NCBI RefSeq assembly: GCF_006345805.1
Contig: NC_043002.1
Span: 9,548,001-9,612,000 of the forward strand
Direction: 5' to 3'
From: Octopus sinensis
Lineage: Eukaryota
Length of the DNA: 64,000 bases
Part shown: positions 36,443-49,547 of the stretch, in pieces
Layout of the letters: the number at the start of each line of letters is the position of its first letter
Numbering within the stretch: position 1 is the stretch's first letter
Translations under genes and position numbers: made by a program
The notes under the pieces: generated by a model
What the model was told of the DNA's origin: nothing
Seen by the model: only the letters and a program-made list of their open reading frames with translations
Databases searched by the model: none

Positions 36443-37622
36443 TAAACTCCATACGATGTACCCAGTGTAAGCTATAGACACATAAAAGGTGCAACAATAT
36501 CAAAGGAAGGTTAACTGGGAAAATAATTTTTGTGTGTGGCAATAAGCAGTGAAGATGTATGGAAAACAGATTCTATCAGATGCCAGGGGGAGACACTAGA
36601 AGCTTCTGCTACCTAGGTGGCCAAGTCTGTAGAGGGGGCGGTTGCTCTGAGAGTGTAGTGATTAGAGTAAGAATAGTTCAGGGAGCTCCTACCTCTGCTG
36701 GCAACTAAGGGCCTCTCACTCAGGGTGAAAGGTAGACTGTATGATGCATGTGTGCAAACTGCCATGCTACATGGCAGTGAAACATGGGCCATGAATGCTG
36801 AGGACATGTGTAGGTGTAGGCTTGAAAGAAAGGAAGCTAGTATGATCTACTGGATGTGTAATGATGGTGTGCATACACGACAAAGTGTAAGCACCCTGAG
36901 AGAAAAGTTGGGCATAAGAAGCATCAAATGTGGTGTGCAAGAGGGGCGACTGCGCTGGTATGGCCATGTGTTATGTATGAATGAAGGCAGTTGTGTGAGG
37001 AAGTGCCACTCCCTAACTGTAGAAGGAACCTGTGGAAGAGGTAGACCCAAGAAGACATGGGATGAGGTAGTGAAGCATATGAACATTGAGCCTCACAGAG
37101 GCAATGACAGGAGACCAGGATCTTTGGAGATATGCTGTGATTGAGAAAACCTGGCAACTAAAGTGAGATCAAATCCACGCATGTCCAGTCCTGTTAAGAT
37201 TACCCCTAATGCGTCGGGCAATATGACATGCTTGAGAAGACCTGTTGAGTTGAGTAAAACCAATATCATAGCTGGGGCTGGTGCCCCTGACTGGCTCCTG
37301 TACCAGTGGCATGTAAAAAGCACCAACTGATCATGGCTGATACCAGTACCCCCTGACTGGTTTCTGTGCTGGTGGCATGTAAAAAGCACGATCCGGACGT
37401 GATCATTGCCAGGCCCACCTGACCAGCACCTGTGCCAGTGGCACGTAAAAAGCACCCAGTACACTCTTGGAGTGGTTGGCGTTAGGAAGGGCATCCAGCT
37501 GTAGAAACATTGCCAGATCAGATTGGAGCCTGGTGCAACCGCTGGCTCTCCGTACGGCAGTCAAACCGTCCAACCCATGCTAGCATGGAAAGCGGACGTT
37601 AAATGATGATGATGATGATGAT
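36443..37622 (+). mobile_element. 5'-truncated RTE-clade LINE: C-terminal ORF plus 3' UTR plus (GAT)n
   Basis: FCYLGG..., KGRLYDACVQTAMLHGSETW, RLRWYGHVL, GRGRPKKTW; continues into the repeat core and tail. Confidence 0.95.
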
Positions 37623-38131
37623 AATAGTCAATTATAGCTAACAGGATGTTTAATTACCAAGGGATGGCATTTTGAAAAAGGTTTTTACTCTCCCTTCTTT
37701 ACTTTTATTCTTATTTACTGGGATAGGCTGTTTTGTAAAATATGAGCAGTCCCTATACTCTGTTAACACCTACAGTGAGGACAAAGATAGATTGTAGTGT
37801 TATCGTTGTTTAACGTAGCTGCTCTAGTTATATCTCATCTGACTGACCTTCAAAGACTTGAAATTAAAAGTACTATATAACTGCTGTTATATGATAGATT
37901 GTTTTTTTTAAAGTTGTATTTTTGAACTTAACATCATAAAAGTGAATAGCAGTGGTAAGGTAAATCAGATCTGTGATACAGGTTTGATTGACAACTGAAC
38001 CATTCTACTTTGCCGATTTTTGGGTGTAGTTCATGCTGTGGAGAGAGGTGGGTTCTGCCAAACTGAAACTGTGATGATCCAATTAAGAGTTATGTCAATG
38101 TTTTTATTTCAAATGTACACAACTCCCTTAA

Positions 38132-38352
38132 CCCTTTCATTATCAACCTGGCTGAAACTGGCTCTGGCCCTTTAATACAAATGTCTTGTTTCCATAAGTT
38201 TTGAATTAAAATCTTCCACCAAACCTTAGTCACAATTTATGTTCCTAACACTAGTTTAATGACAACTAAGTTATTTTACTAAATTCTTTGTTACATTTAA
38301 AGTAATTGAAAGAAACACAGAACATCTCAAAATAAATACAGTTGCGAAAGGG
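38132..38352. mobile_element. MITE D
   Basis: TTAA TSD, TIRs. Confidence 0.9.
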
Positions 38353-38694
38353 TTAATATTTTTTGATAGTTTTTTTCTCTCCTTTCTTCTTACAGACAAG
38401 GGGACATGGGAATGGTTTTTGGAAATTGGATATTTGTATATTGATGAAATAAATACTTTTACAGGTTGATGCTCGTCTGTTAAATAGTGAAAGAAAATGA
38501 TTCCATCATGTTATGAAGATTAAGGTTAGAAGAATCATGTACTTTGCTCAGGAGTACATATGGTAATAGTTGTAGATTTGGCATTCAACAAACCCCCCAT
38601 GGACAAAAACCAGATTTCTGCTGAGAATTAAATTCTTAATTTATTGAATTAAATTTCCTTATGAAATTATCTCACCTTTCTGGGTCACATACAT

Positions 38695-38871
38695 AGTCTG
38701 TAGTGGGGGCAGTTGCTCTGAGAGTGTAGTGACTAGAGTAAGAATAGTTCAGGGAGCTCCTACTTCTGCTGGCAACTAAGGGCCTCTCGCTCAGGGTGAA
38801 AGGTAGACTGTATGATGCATGTGTGCGAACTGCCATGCTACATGGCAGTGAAACATGGGCCATGAATGCTG
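38695..38871 (+). repeat. 177-bp copy of the RTE segment 36624-36800
   Basis: Same length, high identity, no tail. Confidence 0.9.
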
Positions 38872-39426
38872 TTTTCCTTTGCTGACAAAGAAGAATATTT
38901 CTACCATTTTTTTTTGCATAAACTGTTCATTATATCCATACACACCGGATTTATCTCAATCCATGTTATTGATTTATTTGAGTTATTTCTCTAAGCTCAG
39001 TTTTGCTTTTTTGTTATTAGAACTTAAGTTGTTAGTAGTTACATTGGAAAAATTAAAATTTAAATCGGTCATGGAGAAACTGCAATCCATGAGTTCCTGA
39101 GAGACACACTTAATGCAAACTTACTTTGAATGTTTTTAGTAGTGGCAGCCCACCCACTGATGAGCCATGTCTTGTCTGGCTTGTTTCTCAAAAAAGGTTG
39201 CCCAGATCTGGTTTAAATTCATTTGTTCATGATCGGCAATTAATAGAGAGGTAAGTTCATAACTCTTTACCTTAAAAGTTAATTAGGTTGAAGGATTTGT
39301 CTTGTGATTCTTTCCTGCAACATTCTAATCATGTGTCCGTAGTACTGGAGCTGTGACCTTTCGGTGGCTTTTGGTATTTTAGCTTTTGTTTTTTTTACAA
39401 ATGAACAGTTAGTTGTTTCTTGTTTA

Positions 39427-39819
39427 TGGAAGTATATTTTGTGCATATCACTAGATCTACTTTGCTGGAAAACCAATTTTCTGATGAATATATTGATCTA
39501 CAAATTATATTTTGTAGCACTGGGTAAAATAACTGGTGTATACTAAAATATCAATGATTTATATCCTTAAAACCTATCTCAGATATCTACTTAATTATCA
39601 AAAATAATTTTTAAAATTGTTCTTGGAAGTATATTTTGTACATATCACTAGATCTACTTTGTAGAAAACCAATATTCTGATGAATATATTGATCTACAAA
39701 TTGTATTTTGTAGCAGTGGGTAAAATAACTGGTGTATGCAAAAATATCAATGATTTTTATTCTTAAAACCTATCTCAGATATCTACTTAATTATCAAAAA
39801 TGATTTTTAAAATTCTTCT
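39427..39819. repeat. Tandem duplication, unit about 197 bp
   Basis: tggaagtatattttgt... starts at 39427 and 39624. Confidence 0.9.
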
Positions 39820-41063
39820 TCTCTTCAGTTGTACATTTAGTTTCTTTTTTTAATGATTTGTGATGAGTCAGCTCACATTTTAAATATTGCTTACTATCAG
39901 TTACATCTCTATTCTATTGCTTTGTATGGGTAACTAATTGTTTGCTGGTGTTTTGAGGAAGCAAAAAACAACACATTTTTATGTTAAAATATTTAATGTT
40001 AGCGGAACCTGTGAATATTTCATAACCTATTTCTGAAAATTTTATCCCAAAATCCGGAAAGTGTAGCCTGTGTTGCGTCTGTATGGGAAAGATAGTTGCT
40101 CATCTGCTACTCATTGAAAAGTGAAAGAAATTGGAATACAATGATTACATAATGCACTTGATATACTTATGTGCAATTTTATGGACTTAATATACGGCAC
40201 TCATAAAATAAATATTCACTCTTATTATTTTCATTTCCCCCATAAACAACCACACAAAAAAAATCATGTACATATGATACAACCTTTAGTTAAATTACAT
40301 ATATCTGCCATGTAAATAGGCATGACTATTTCACGGAATTGCACCTATGTGCATATGTTAAGTCATGGGTGACATAAAAAATTTCGCTCAATTAAAAAAA
40401 AAGATTTTTCACTATCCAATTATCATCACCTCACTCTTTACCTTCTCTCTCTGCCTTTTTTTAGTCTCACCATCAGTTCTTAACCAAACTGAAAACTTAA
40501 CATTTTTGAAGAGGACTGGTACCTAGCTACATTTTGGCATAAAAAAATTGAGATTTGATCCTGTAGAAAAAAGTTTACATTAAAATTTGTAGCAACCTTA
40601 TAGGAAAGTAATGCCACCAATCAAGTTTAGATTTAAATAACTTCTTTATTTTAAAAGCAAAATATATTTATCTTAGCTTCAATGACAGAAGAAAGCATGA
40701 AGAATTTCATAGTTTTGTTCCCATGCAACAAAAATTTCTACCAAAAATAAGGCAAAAAATTGGATTTTTTATTTTAAAAACAAACTATATTTTAAAATAG
40801 GCTTAAATGATAGATCGGTATTCGAGGAATTTCATAGTATCAATCTCATGCAATGAAGTTTTAAAAGAAAAAAGTTATGAGTGTTTGTTTCTCAAATTTG
40901 AGGGTGATAATGTAGTTCTATACTTTTTTATGAATAACAGGACATTTAATATATGCCACCAGTGTCATTGAGGTAATGAAAAAAAATTATCAATGGCACT
41001 GCTAATTGACACATTTGACATTAGTAATCAGCATAATAGCATAGCCTGGAAAAAAACAGGGAT

Positions 41064-41986
41064 TATATGGAAAAATGTGAGCAAGAGAAATAATATTCTT
41101 AAGATTATAAACCTGGAAAATTACAGGACAAGTTATTACACTTGGAAAAGTTCAGGATAACTTATTACATCTGGTCAAGATACAGAACAATACATTTTTT
41201 ACTTAAAATATTGCAGCAAAGGATAAAATTTGAATATTAAAAATTATTTGATATTAATTTACAAAGTAACATTTTAATTAAAAAAGGTACCATCATTTTG
41301 TTAAAATATTGACACACTAGAATACTTATAAAAGGAGAGCCAGAAGTACCAATTATAGCTAAAGTTTTATGTAAAGTAGAATAGTATATATGGTAGACAA
41401 ATTCATTATGTAAAAAATAGGCATTGGGTCAAGACTAAAAATGTGAACACTTGGCAATAACTCAAGCAAATTTTACTGTGAATTTGTTGTTATAGGTAGA
41501 TTTTAGTGTAATATATAACTAATTTTTTTTTTAATTATTAATTAATAATTGGAAATTTGAAAATAGGTTATAAAAAATAATAGTAGTACATAATTTATCA
41601 TCATCATCAAATGGACGTTAAACGATGATGATGATGATGAATTATGTACTACTATTATTTTTTATAACCTATTTTCAAATTTCCAATTATTAATTAATAA
41701 TTAAACAAGTGCAAAAAATATTTTAATTGGGTTATCTTTTATTTTTAATAGAAGTAACAAGTAATAACAAATACAAGTAATAACTTGTAATAAAATTTTT
41801 AGTTTTAATAAAAGCTAATATTTTCTAAATTTAAATATTTTATTTGAAATTTTATCCTTTGCTGCAATATTTTAAGTATAAATTTTCTTGTTCTGTACTT
41901 TACCAGACCTAATAAGTTGTCCTGTAATTTTCCAGGCTTATAACCTTAAGAATATTATTTCTCTTGCTCGCATTTTCCATGTAATA
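41064..41986. repeat. Nested inverted repeats: diverged outer arms (about 41064-41265 and 41815-41986) and a near-perfect 79-bp inner hairpin (41530-41705)
   Basis: gagcaagagaaataatattcttaag pairs with cttaagaatattatttctcttgctc; inner arms are reverse complements with one T:G. Confidence 0.9.
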
Positions 41987-43133
41987 CAGTTACGAATAAG
42001 AAGAATTTAAATTAAAATGCATGCAAAGATTCAAAGCTCTAGCATCATTCCTTCATGGTCAGCCTATGAACTTTTTAGCCCACTTTCATACATAATTGTC
42101 AGTTTTAATATATTCGTCATTGTACCACTGAAACGAATACTGGTCATTAGTGACCATGGATACTTTTCTAACGATATGTCGCTATTGATTTTCTTTCTGC
42201 CAACTTGACTCTAAAACATCTTTATTATTTATTCTCCAGTGAATTTTTGTACTCACACTTTCCCTCATTTGTTGCTGCATTAGTTTTTAAAAAATATTAA
42301 AAATTTTTCTTTCTCCTTTCTGAATAAATAATAAGCTACATAAATAAAGCAGCTAATTTCTTTCTCGCAGTAACTATTGATTTAGGTCTTGTTAGTATTG
42401 GTCACAACGAAGCAGACTTGTTCAAGCCAGCCTCCGTTTGTTTGGACAACATTTATGATTACATTTAAGAACATAGTAAAACCTTTCCTTGTTAAATGTC
42501 ATCTGATTGTTGGAATTATCAGAAATACGCTTATGGATTTTTCTTGGTAATTTGAGTCACTAGTAGTGACCATTTATCATTATTATTACTAGAGCTGAAT
42601 GGTAAGAATAGTACTACAATGATCCCTTTTAAATATAAGCTTTTTCACTAAAAATTCACCAGAGAATAAGAGAGATCTGATGATAGAGGAGGAAATGAAT
42701 TTTGCTTGTTATTTGTCGTTGGCATGAAAAATTCATGAATATTTATTCATCTATGAATTAATTAGTCAGCTGCTGATCGTATGCTATGTGTCTACATAGC
42801 ATTTGATTTGTATTATTAACATAACTATATATATGTTTGGAGCTTATGAACGTGCCGTCATTCATTTTTGCAACCGTTGTGTTCTGGATGTTTTTATACG
42901 TAGCTTCATTAAAATCAGAAACGTGACTGATAAGTTTTAATGCAAATCAGTAAAACACACAACTGTTGTGGACTATTAGAAGAAAATTAATAAAAGTCAA
43001 ATAGCAAAGGGAAGCACTTAGATTAGTATTTTTGAAATTAGAATCTTTTTATAAGGTTGCTTTTGCATTTAGTTCGCAAGATTCTTAATGTGAATTCATT
43101 TGTTGAAACAAATTTTGTTGTGTCTTGGGAGAA

Positions 43134-43400
43134 TCATCATCATCATCGTTTAACGTCTGCTTTCCATGCTAGCATGGGTTGGACGATTTTGACTGAGGGC
43201 TGGCGAACCAGATGGCTGCACCAGGCTCCAATCTTGATCTGGCAGAGTTTCTACAGCTGGATGCCCTTCCTAACGCCAACCACTCCGAGAGTGTAGTGGG
43301 TGCTTTTTACGTGCCACTGGAATGGGGGCCAGCCAGGTGGCACTGGCAACGACCTCGCTCGAATTTTTTTACACATGCCACCAGCACAGGTGCCAGTAGC
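43134..43400 (-). mobile_element. RTE LINE 3' end
   Basis: (CAT)n plus reverse core. Confidence 0.85.
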
Positions 43401-43576
43401 CGATAATAACACATGCACAGGTTCAATTCTACTTGAAACCTTTAGGTTTGTTATGTAATTCTGTTTGCCTTACACATACAACAAATACATGACCATCACT
43501 ATTATGTGTTTTCTTTTTTCTACCATTGGAATGAGTTCGATAGGTCTCTCGACAGGCATTGCATGCTTTGGTATTA

Positions 43577-43802
43577 GAGGTGAGCTGGCAGAATCGTTAG
43601 CACGCCGGGCAAAATGTTTAGCGGTATTTTGTCTGCTGCTACATTCTGAGTTCAAATTCCGCCAAGGTCGACTTTGCCTTTAATCCTTTCGGGGTTGATT
43701 AAATAAGTACCAGTTACGCACTGGGGTCGATGTAGTCAACTTAATCCGTTTGTCTGTCTTTGTCCCCTCTGTGTTTAGCCCCTTGTGGGTAATAAAGAAA
43801 TA
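43577..43802 (+). mobile_element. SINE A monomer with TSD
   Basis: TSD ggtattagaggtg at 43570-43582 and 43803-43815. Confidence 0.9.
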
Positions 43803-45853
43803 GGTATTAGAGGTGTTTGCCTGGAATAGGGCTAAAGAGTCACCCTACCTTTGTCTGAGGTATAGCTCATGGAGTCCGCAACTTGTCCATCCCACCTACC
43901 TTTTTCTTTGGCATGATTTTTATAGCTAGATAACCTTACTGCAACCAACCATTTTACAACAAAGAATATATTCTTGCAAGTGACAAATTCATTGGAACAT
44001 TGCCAAGCCACTTTAGAATAAAGAGCTCAAAGCTGTTAATACATAACTGTTCAATAGTTATTGGATTGTGTGTGTGTTTTTGTGATGCATTCCTAGGCAG
44101 GAATCTATAATGTGCTATAAACTAATGTTGGGAAATCGAATCAAAAACATAAAGGGCTTCTATCACTCATGCTTCTCACTCTGAGTTGGTGAGCAAGCAG
44201 AGATCTGGGATTGCAAGGGTTATTTATGTTGAGGGTATGGCTACTTCTCTGCAAGCTGGCAGAATCGTTAGCACACCGGGTGAAATGCGTAGTCGTATTT
44301 TGTCTGCCGTTACGTTCTGAGTTCAAATTCCGCCGAGGTCGATGGCTGTTGACTTGAATTTTTCTGGATTAAATAAGTATACTGATGGCAGTAAAATTAC
44401 GAGTGTCAAAATTTGGTAAAACTTCATAATAATTCCTTCCTTCATATTTAACATATATACTTGTACTATGTATGTGTACGACCCCCACCCACATTCCTTT
44501 CTTAATTTCCTGCCATATCAACATAAACTTATATTGTTTTTGATGGAAGTATTTTTTTTACTTTTAATGTATTATTAAAAGAAAACACAGCATTACAAGA
44601 AAACAATTGTAATATATTACAGGGTGTGGCAAAAAAAATAAATTTAAAAACATCTTCCCTCATGTTACAGGTTGACATATGTTTCAACAGCAAATGTATG
44701 GTTTGCATCAGCCCAAACCATGAGAGTAACTGAGAGGAAAAATGTTGCATGAAGATACTATTAACCACAGCCTGACTTCACAAGCTAATATACATCAAAA
44801 TAAGACAAAAGTTGGAAGTCTTTCTGCTGGATCCTGTATCTATTTTGTGAATCTTAGCAATTATAAGATGTTAGTATAAAAATGACTTGAGGAAAGTTTC
44901 TGAGAACTTAGAGTTGAAATGATTTAGTATTAAAATGAACCCTTTTCTTACTTCTTATATGGCGCAATTAATTTTCAGTTTAATAGAATATCAGTAACTA
45001 TATATTGGGTCATCCCATAAATAATGTGGTTTTTTTCAATTGCATGAGCTATAAGTCAGAGGTGGGACAAGATAAACTACCAGCATTAACTTGCTATAAA
45101 AGCAGGTAGTAATTTTACTTTGTCCTTGAAATCTCTATGTTGCTTTAAGGGGAAGGTAAAACTTGATAAACTGCTTCTCCCTCTGTTGTTGGACTACCAT
45201 GATGTTTGTTTAAAAAAAGAGAGATTATGACTGTAATAAAATGATGAAAGCAATATTTACTAAGAAAGTGAGCACTATTATACAAGAAATAATTAGATGT
45301 GAAATATAAAAATTATTAGAAATGGAATCAAATGTGAAAATATCAAGGGGCTAGCAGAAAACTGCTTGGAGGTGGTCTTTCTGCTAGTTGTGTTTTGAAT
45401 TTTGAAATATGTGTCTGTTCTTTAAATTATGCAAATGTGTGCTGAGGTCAGTACACATTCTGTGTTATTTAAATTGCTTTTCTTATAATTTGTATGTGCA
45501 ACTTAAAATATTTAGTTGATGTGTCATTACTTTCTTTATGAAACACTATCCTCTTTTTAACCTGTATTTCCTCCTCAATTTGTTGCAGTCTAATCTGAAG
45601 TCAGTTTTATGAGTTTATAGCCTTACAATAGATATTTTACCTCATACATATATTTCTTTAAGTATTGTTGGTTACTGTTTTGAACGGAAAAGCACTCTTT
45701 ATGGCTTATTTTTATAGGCCTTAATTTTACTGTTTTGTTTTTTGTAATGCAGTTTGATGAATACACTCTTGGTTTTCTTTGTTGTCATCACAACAGGCTG
45801 TCACAAATCATAAGGCTTCATTGTAAATGTATCTTAATCCTTAAGGGCTTTAA

Positions 45854-46073
45854 CCCTTTAGTGTTTAAACTGGCCATATCCGGCCCAAATATTCTGTATG
45901 TTTTATATTCAAACTGGCGATATCTAGCCTCTCACACCTAACCTACATTGACATTCTAAAAATGAACAATCACATCATTGAAACCTCAAAGCTATAAGGT
46001 AATGCATGATTAATTCAAAACAATTTGAGTGAATATGTATTACATTTAACAGAGTAATCTGAACACTAAAGGG
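45854..46073. mobile_element. MITE E
   Basis: TTAA TSD, TIR CCCTTTAGTGTT. Confidence 0.9.
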
Positions 46074-46434
46074 TTAAGGGCTGGTACTTGGTTCTGGTTT
46101 CTTAACAATTAGTGAATGCAGGATGGCAAGCAGGCGGAATCATTAGCATACTGGGCATAACACTTGGCAGCATTTCATCCATCTTTAGATTTTGAGTTCA
46201 AGTTCTGCTGAGGTCGACTTTGTTTCCAGCATTTTGGGGGTAGATAAAATAAGTACCAGTTGAGTACTGGGGTCAGTGTAATCAATTTATCCCTTTCTCT
46301 GAACTTGGTAGACTGTGCCAAAACTTGAATACAAGACTGGTCTGTTAGATGCACTAATATAAACTATTTGGTACCGCCTTCGTACTTCTAAATGAATTGT
46401 CATGTGTAGAATTAAGTGTGGTGCTTCTAATACC

Positions 46435-46666
46435 TATTTCTTTACTACCCAGAAGGGGCTAAACACAGGGAGGACAAACAAAGACAGACAAATGGATTAA
46501 GTTGATTACATCGACCCCAGTGTGTAACTGGTACTTATTTAATCGACCCCCAAAAGGATGAAAGGCAAAGTCGACCTCGGCGGAATTTGAACTCAGAATG
46601 TAGCGGCAGATGAAATACCGCTAAGAATTTCACCTGGTGTGCTAATGCTTCTGCCAGCTCGCCGCC
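46435..46666 (-). mobile_element. SINE A monomer
   Basis: Flanked by ctaatacc (ggtattag on the element strand) at 46427-46434 and 46669-46676. Confidence 0.9.
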
Positions 46667-47236
46667 TCCTAATACCACACAACACACACTGAAGCATCTA
46701 CAGTGGAATTGAAATTTATGAAAAGTAGTCTAATACCTCCAAGACCTGTACAGCCATTTCAAGAATGCCCTCACACTCAGTTTGTTATTAGAAATAACTT
46801 TCCCTGGTGCTTATTTTCCTGCTAGGTAAAACTTAGAACAAGTGTAGTCATCTTACCCAGAGAAGCAGTGAAATAATCCATTTACTGACTGGTTATTAAG
46901 TCATGTCCTATGATCCAGTATGTTAAGTAGTAGCTTACCCACTCTCATTCCTTCTGGGACTTGGAAAAGAGGCATTATTAAAATGGCAATTACCTTTTTT
47001 TTTTTTTTTCACTTTTTAGCATACTGTTATGATGATCGGCTTGGATGTAAACTGAAAGCAGTTTCCCAGGTGTTTTGCAGCAGCTAAGGTAGAAACTGCT
47101 TCCATTGAAGAAGGGGAACTGTATCAAACTGGTTTTTTTTTTTTAATATATATATTCTTATAGTTTCATCAATTTCCCTTTTTTTTTTAAATTTTAAGAT
47201 TAACAGATAGGCTTTTTTAAAAAATGTTATTATACA

Positions 47237-47539
47237 CTAGCAGTATCGCCCGGCGTTGCTCAGGTTTGTAAGGGAAATACCTATATAAGCATTTTTAGAG
47301 AGTTATTTCCCTTATATAATAGCAAAAAAATGCATTAAAAATGGGAAAAAATGATGGTAAATTTTTTTTTAAATTGTAGACTCATCGTAGACGCGCGCTA
47401 ATACCCAGAAGGGCTCGATATGAATCACGACTATAAGATACCTGCTTTTGGTTAAACTGCACCGCAAAATGTGGGAGTAGTTAGGAATCTAAATCGTAGG
47501 AGACAGACAGACACACAACTTCACTTTTATATATAAAGA
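47237..47539 (-). mobile_element. Second non-autonomous Helitron family
   Basis: Minus strand A|TCTTTATATATAAAAG...gcaacgccgggcgatactgCTAG|T. Confidence 0.8.
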
Positions 47540-47849
47540 TGAGGTTAAGTTTATTTTCTTTAAATTTGTAGGTCATTCCTTGAGACAAAAACCTATTAAA
47601 TGCTGTTTACAAGTTTGAAACACGTTCCCATATGTGTGTGCATCTGCATAAATAAAACATTTTGAATATGAAGAAACATCTCAGCTTTTTACAGCTGTGG
47701 CTAATAATACACCGGAGAAAGTTTTAGAAAGTTCTGTTTAGTTTTGATCATAAAGCTAACCTGTCTTAATATTCTCAATTTGCTTTATCCCCTTTTAGTC
47801 AATCAGGTGAAACTGAGAGATAAATGTATTTTACGAATGCATGGAACAG

Positions 47850-48294
47850 TCTCTCTAGTGCCAGTGGCACAGTAAAATGCTCGCAATCAACTCTGTAAGA
47901 CTTTGCGAAGACCTGTTGAGGCAAGTGAAATCGAAATCGATCAAAAATCAATGGAAATTGTAGTTGGGATACCAGTGCCGGTGGCACGTAAAAGAACCAT
48001 TCGAATGTGGCTGTTGCCAGCTCCACCTCAACTGGCTTCTGTGCCAGTGACACGTAAAAAGCACCAACAGATTGTGGCCATTGCCAACCTCCCCTGGCAC
48101 CTGTGCAGGTGGCACGTAAAAAGCACCCACTACACTCATGGAGTGGTTGGCGTTAGGGAGGGCATCCAGCCATAGAAACATTGCCAGATCAGACTGGGCC
48201 TGGTGCAGCCTCCTGGCTTCCCAGACCCCGGTCGAACCGTCCAACCCATGCTAGCATGGAAAGCAGACGTTAAACGATGATGATGATGATGATG
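47850..48294 (+). mobile_element. RTE LINE 3' end
   Basis: Core, subrepeats, (GAT)n. Confidence 0.85.
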
Positions 48295-48543
48295 AGAGTT
48301 GATCTAGTCTCTGTTCTCCCTGTTACTGTGTTTGTGAGATGACACAGACTGCAACGAGTGACAAGACCCAGTTAACTAATGTCAGAATGGAAAAATGAAT
48401 GTAAAATAGTGTTTGTGTGAGGAGGGTATTAAAAAATGCTTGTAGGATTTGGATCAAAATTTTTTTCTTTTTTTTCTTTTTAAAGCAATGTCTGAGTGAG
48501 ATGATTGGGTTGTGCCCTTGTAATTCTGGTGTTTTTACAATCA

Positions 48544-48928
48544 GTGCAAGGAGTGGCTGTGTGGTAAGTAGCTTGCTTACCAACCACATGGTTCTGAGTT
48601 CATTCCCACTGCGTGGCACCTTGGGCATGTGTCTTCTGCTATAGTCTCGGGCCGACCAAAGCCTTGTGAGTGGATTTGGTAGATGGAAACTGAAAGAAGC
48701 CCATCATATATATATATGTATGTGTATATGTTTGTGTGTCTGTGTTTGTCTCCCTAACATTGCTTGACAACCGATGGTGGTGTGTTTACGTCCCCGTAAC
48801 CTAGCGGTTCGGCAAAAGAGACCGATAGAATAAGTACTAGGCTTACAAAGAATAAGTCCTTGGGATCGGTTCGCTCGACTAAAGGCGGTGCTGCAGCATG
48901 GCCACAGTCAAATGACTGAAACAAGTAA
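48544..48928 (+). mobile_element. SINE family B
   Basis: Full head-to-tail match to the 20272 copy. Confidence 0.9.
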
Positions 48929-49175
48929 GCAAGTGCAAGCTCAACTGATAATGCATATCAACACACATAGACATACTGTATTTCAGTGAAGCTTGTATGA
49001 AATTTCGTACATGAAACCTTAACTTCAGTTTGGTTTTAGTTCAGTTAATTAGCTCTAATTAGTTGATTGTCAGTTTGCCCAAGTATATTGAAAATATATT
49101 TGAGGTTTTACAACTAAAATCTCTTGGGTTATACTCTAAATATACAAAAGTATAATTTATTCATTTTTTGTTTTG

Positions 49176-49547
49176 GCACTTGTGCATGTGCTAGTAGGGT
49201 GCCAATCTGAGCGTGATCGTTGCCAGAGCAGCCAACTGGCTTCCGTACTAGTGGCATGTAAAAGGGCACCATTCGAGTGTGATCGTTACCAACGTCGCTT
49301 CACTGGCGCGTGTAAAAAGATTTGAGCGAGGTCATTGCCAGTACCACCTGACTGGCCCCCATGCTGGTGGCACGTAAAAAGCACCCACTACACTCTCAGA
49401 GTGGTTGGCGTTAGGAAAGGCATCCAGCTGTAGAAACTCTGCCAGATCAAGACTGGAGCCTGGTGCAGCCATCTGGTTCACCAGCCCTCAGTCAAAATCG
49501 TCCAACCCATGGTAGCATGGAAAGCGGACGTTAAACGATGATGATGA
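49176..49547 (+). mobile_element. RTE LINE 3' end
   Basis: Core, subrepeats, (GAT)n. Confidence 0.85.

Noticed and set aside
38396-38470. Possible downstream exon after a strong acceptor (also at 56289, 57965, 62893)
   Set aside because: No convincing open frame with a matching donor or recognisable peptide; needs RNA data
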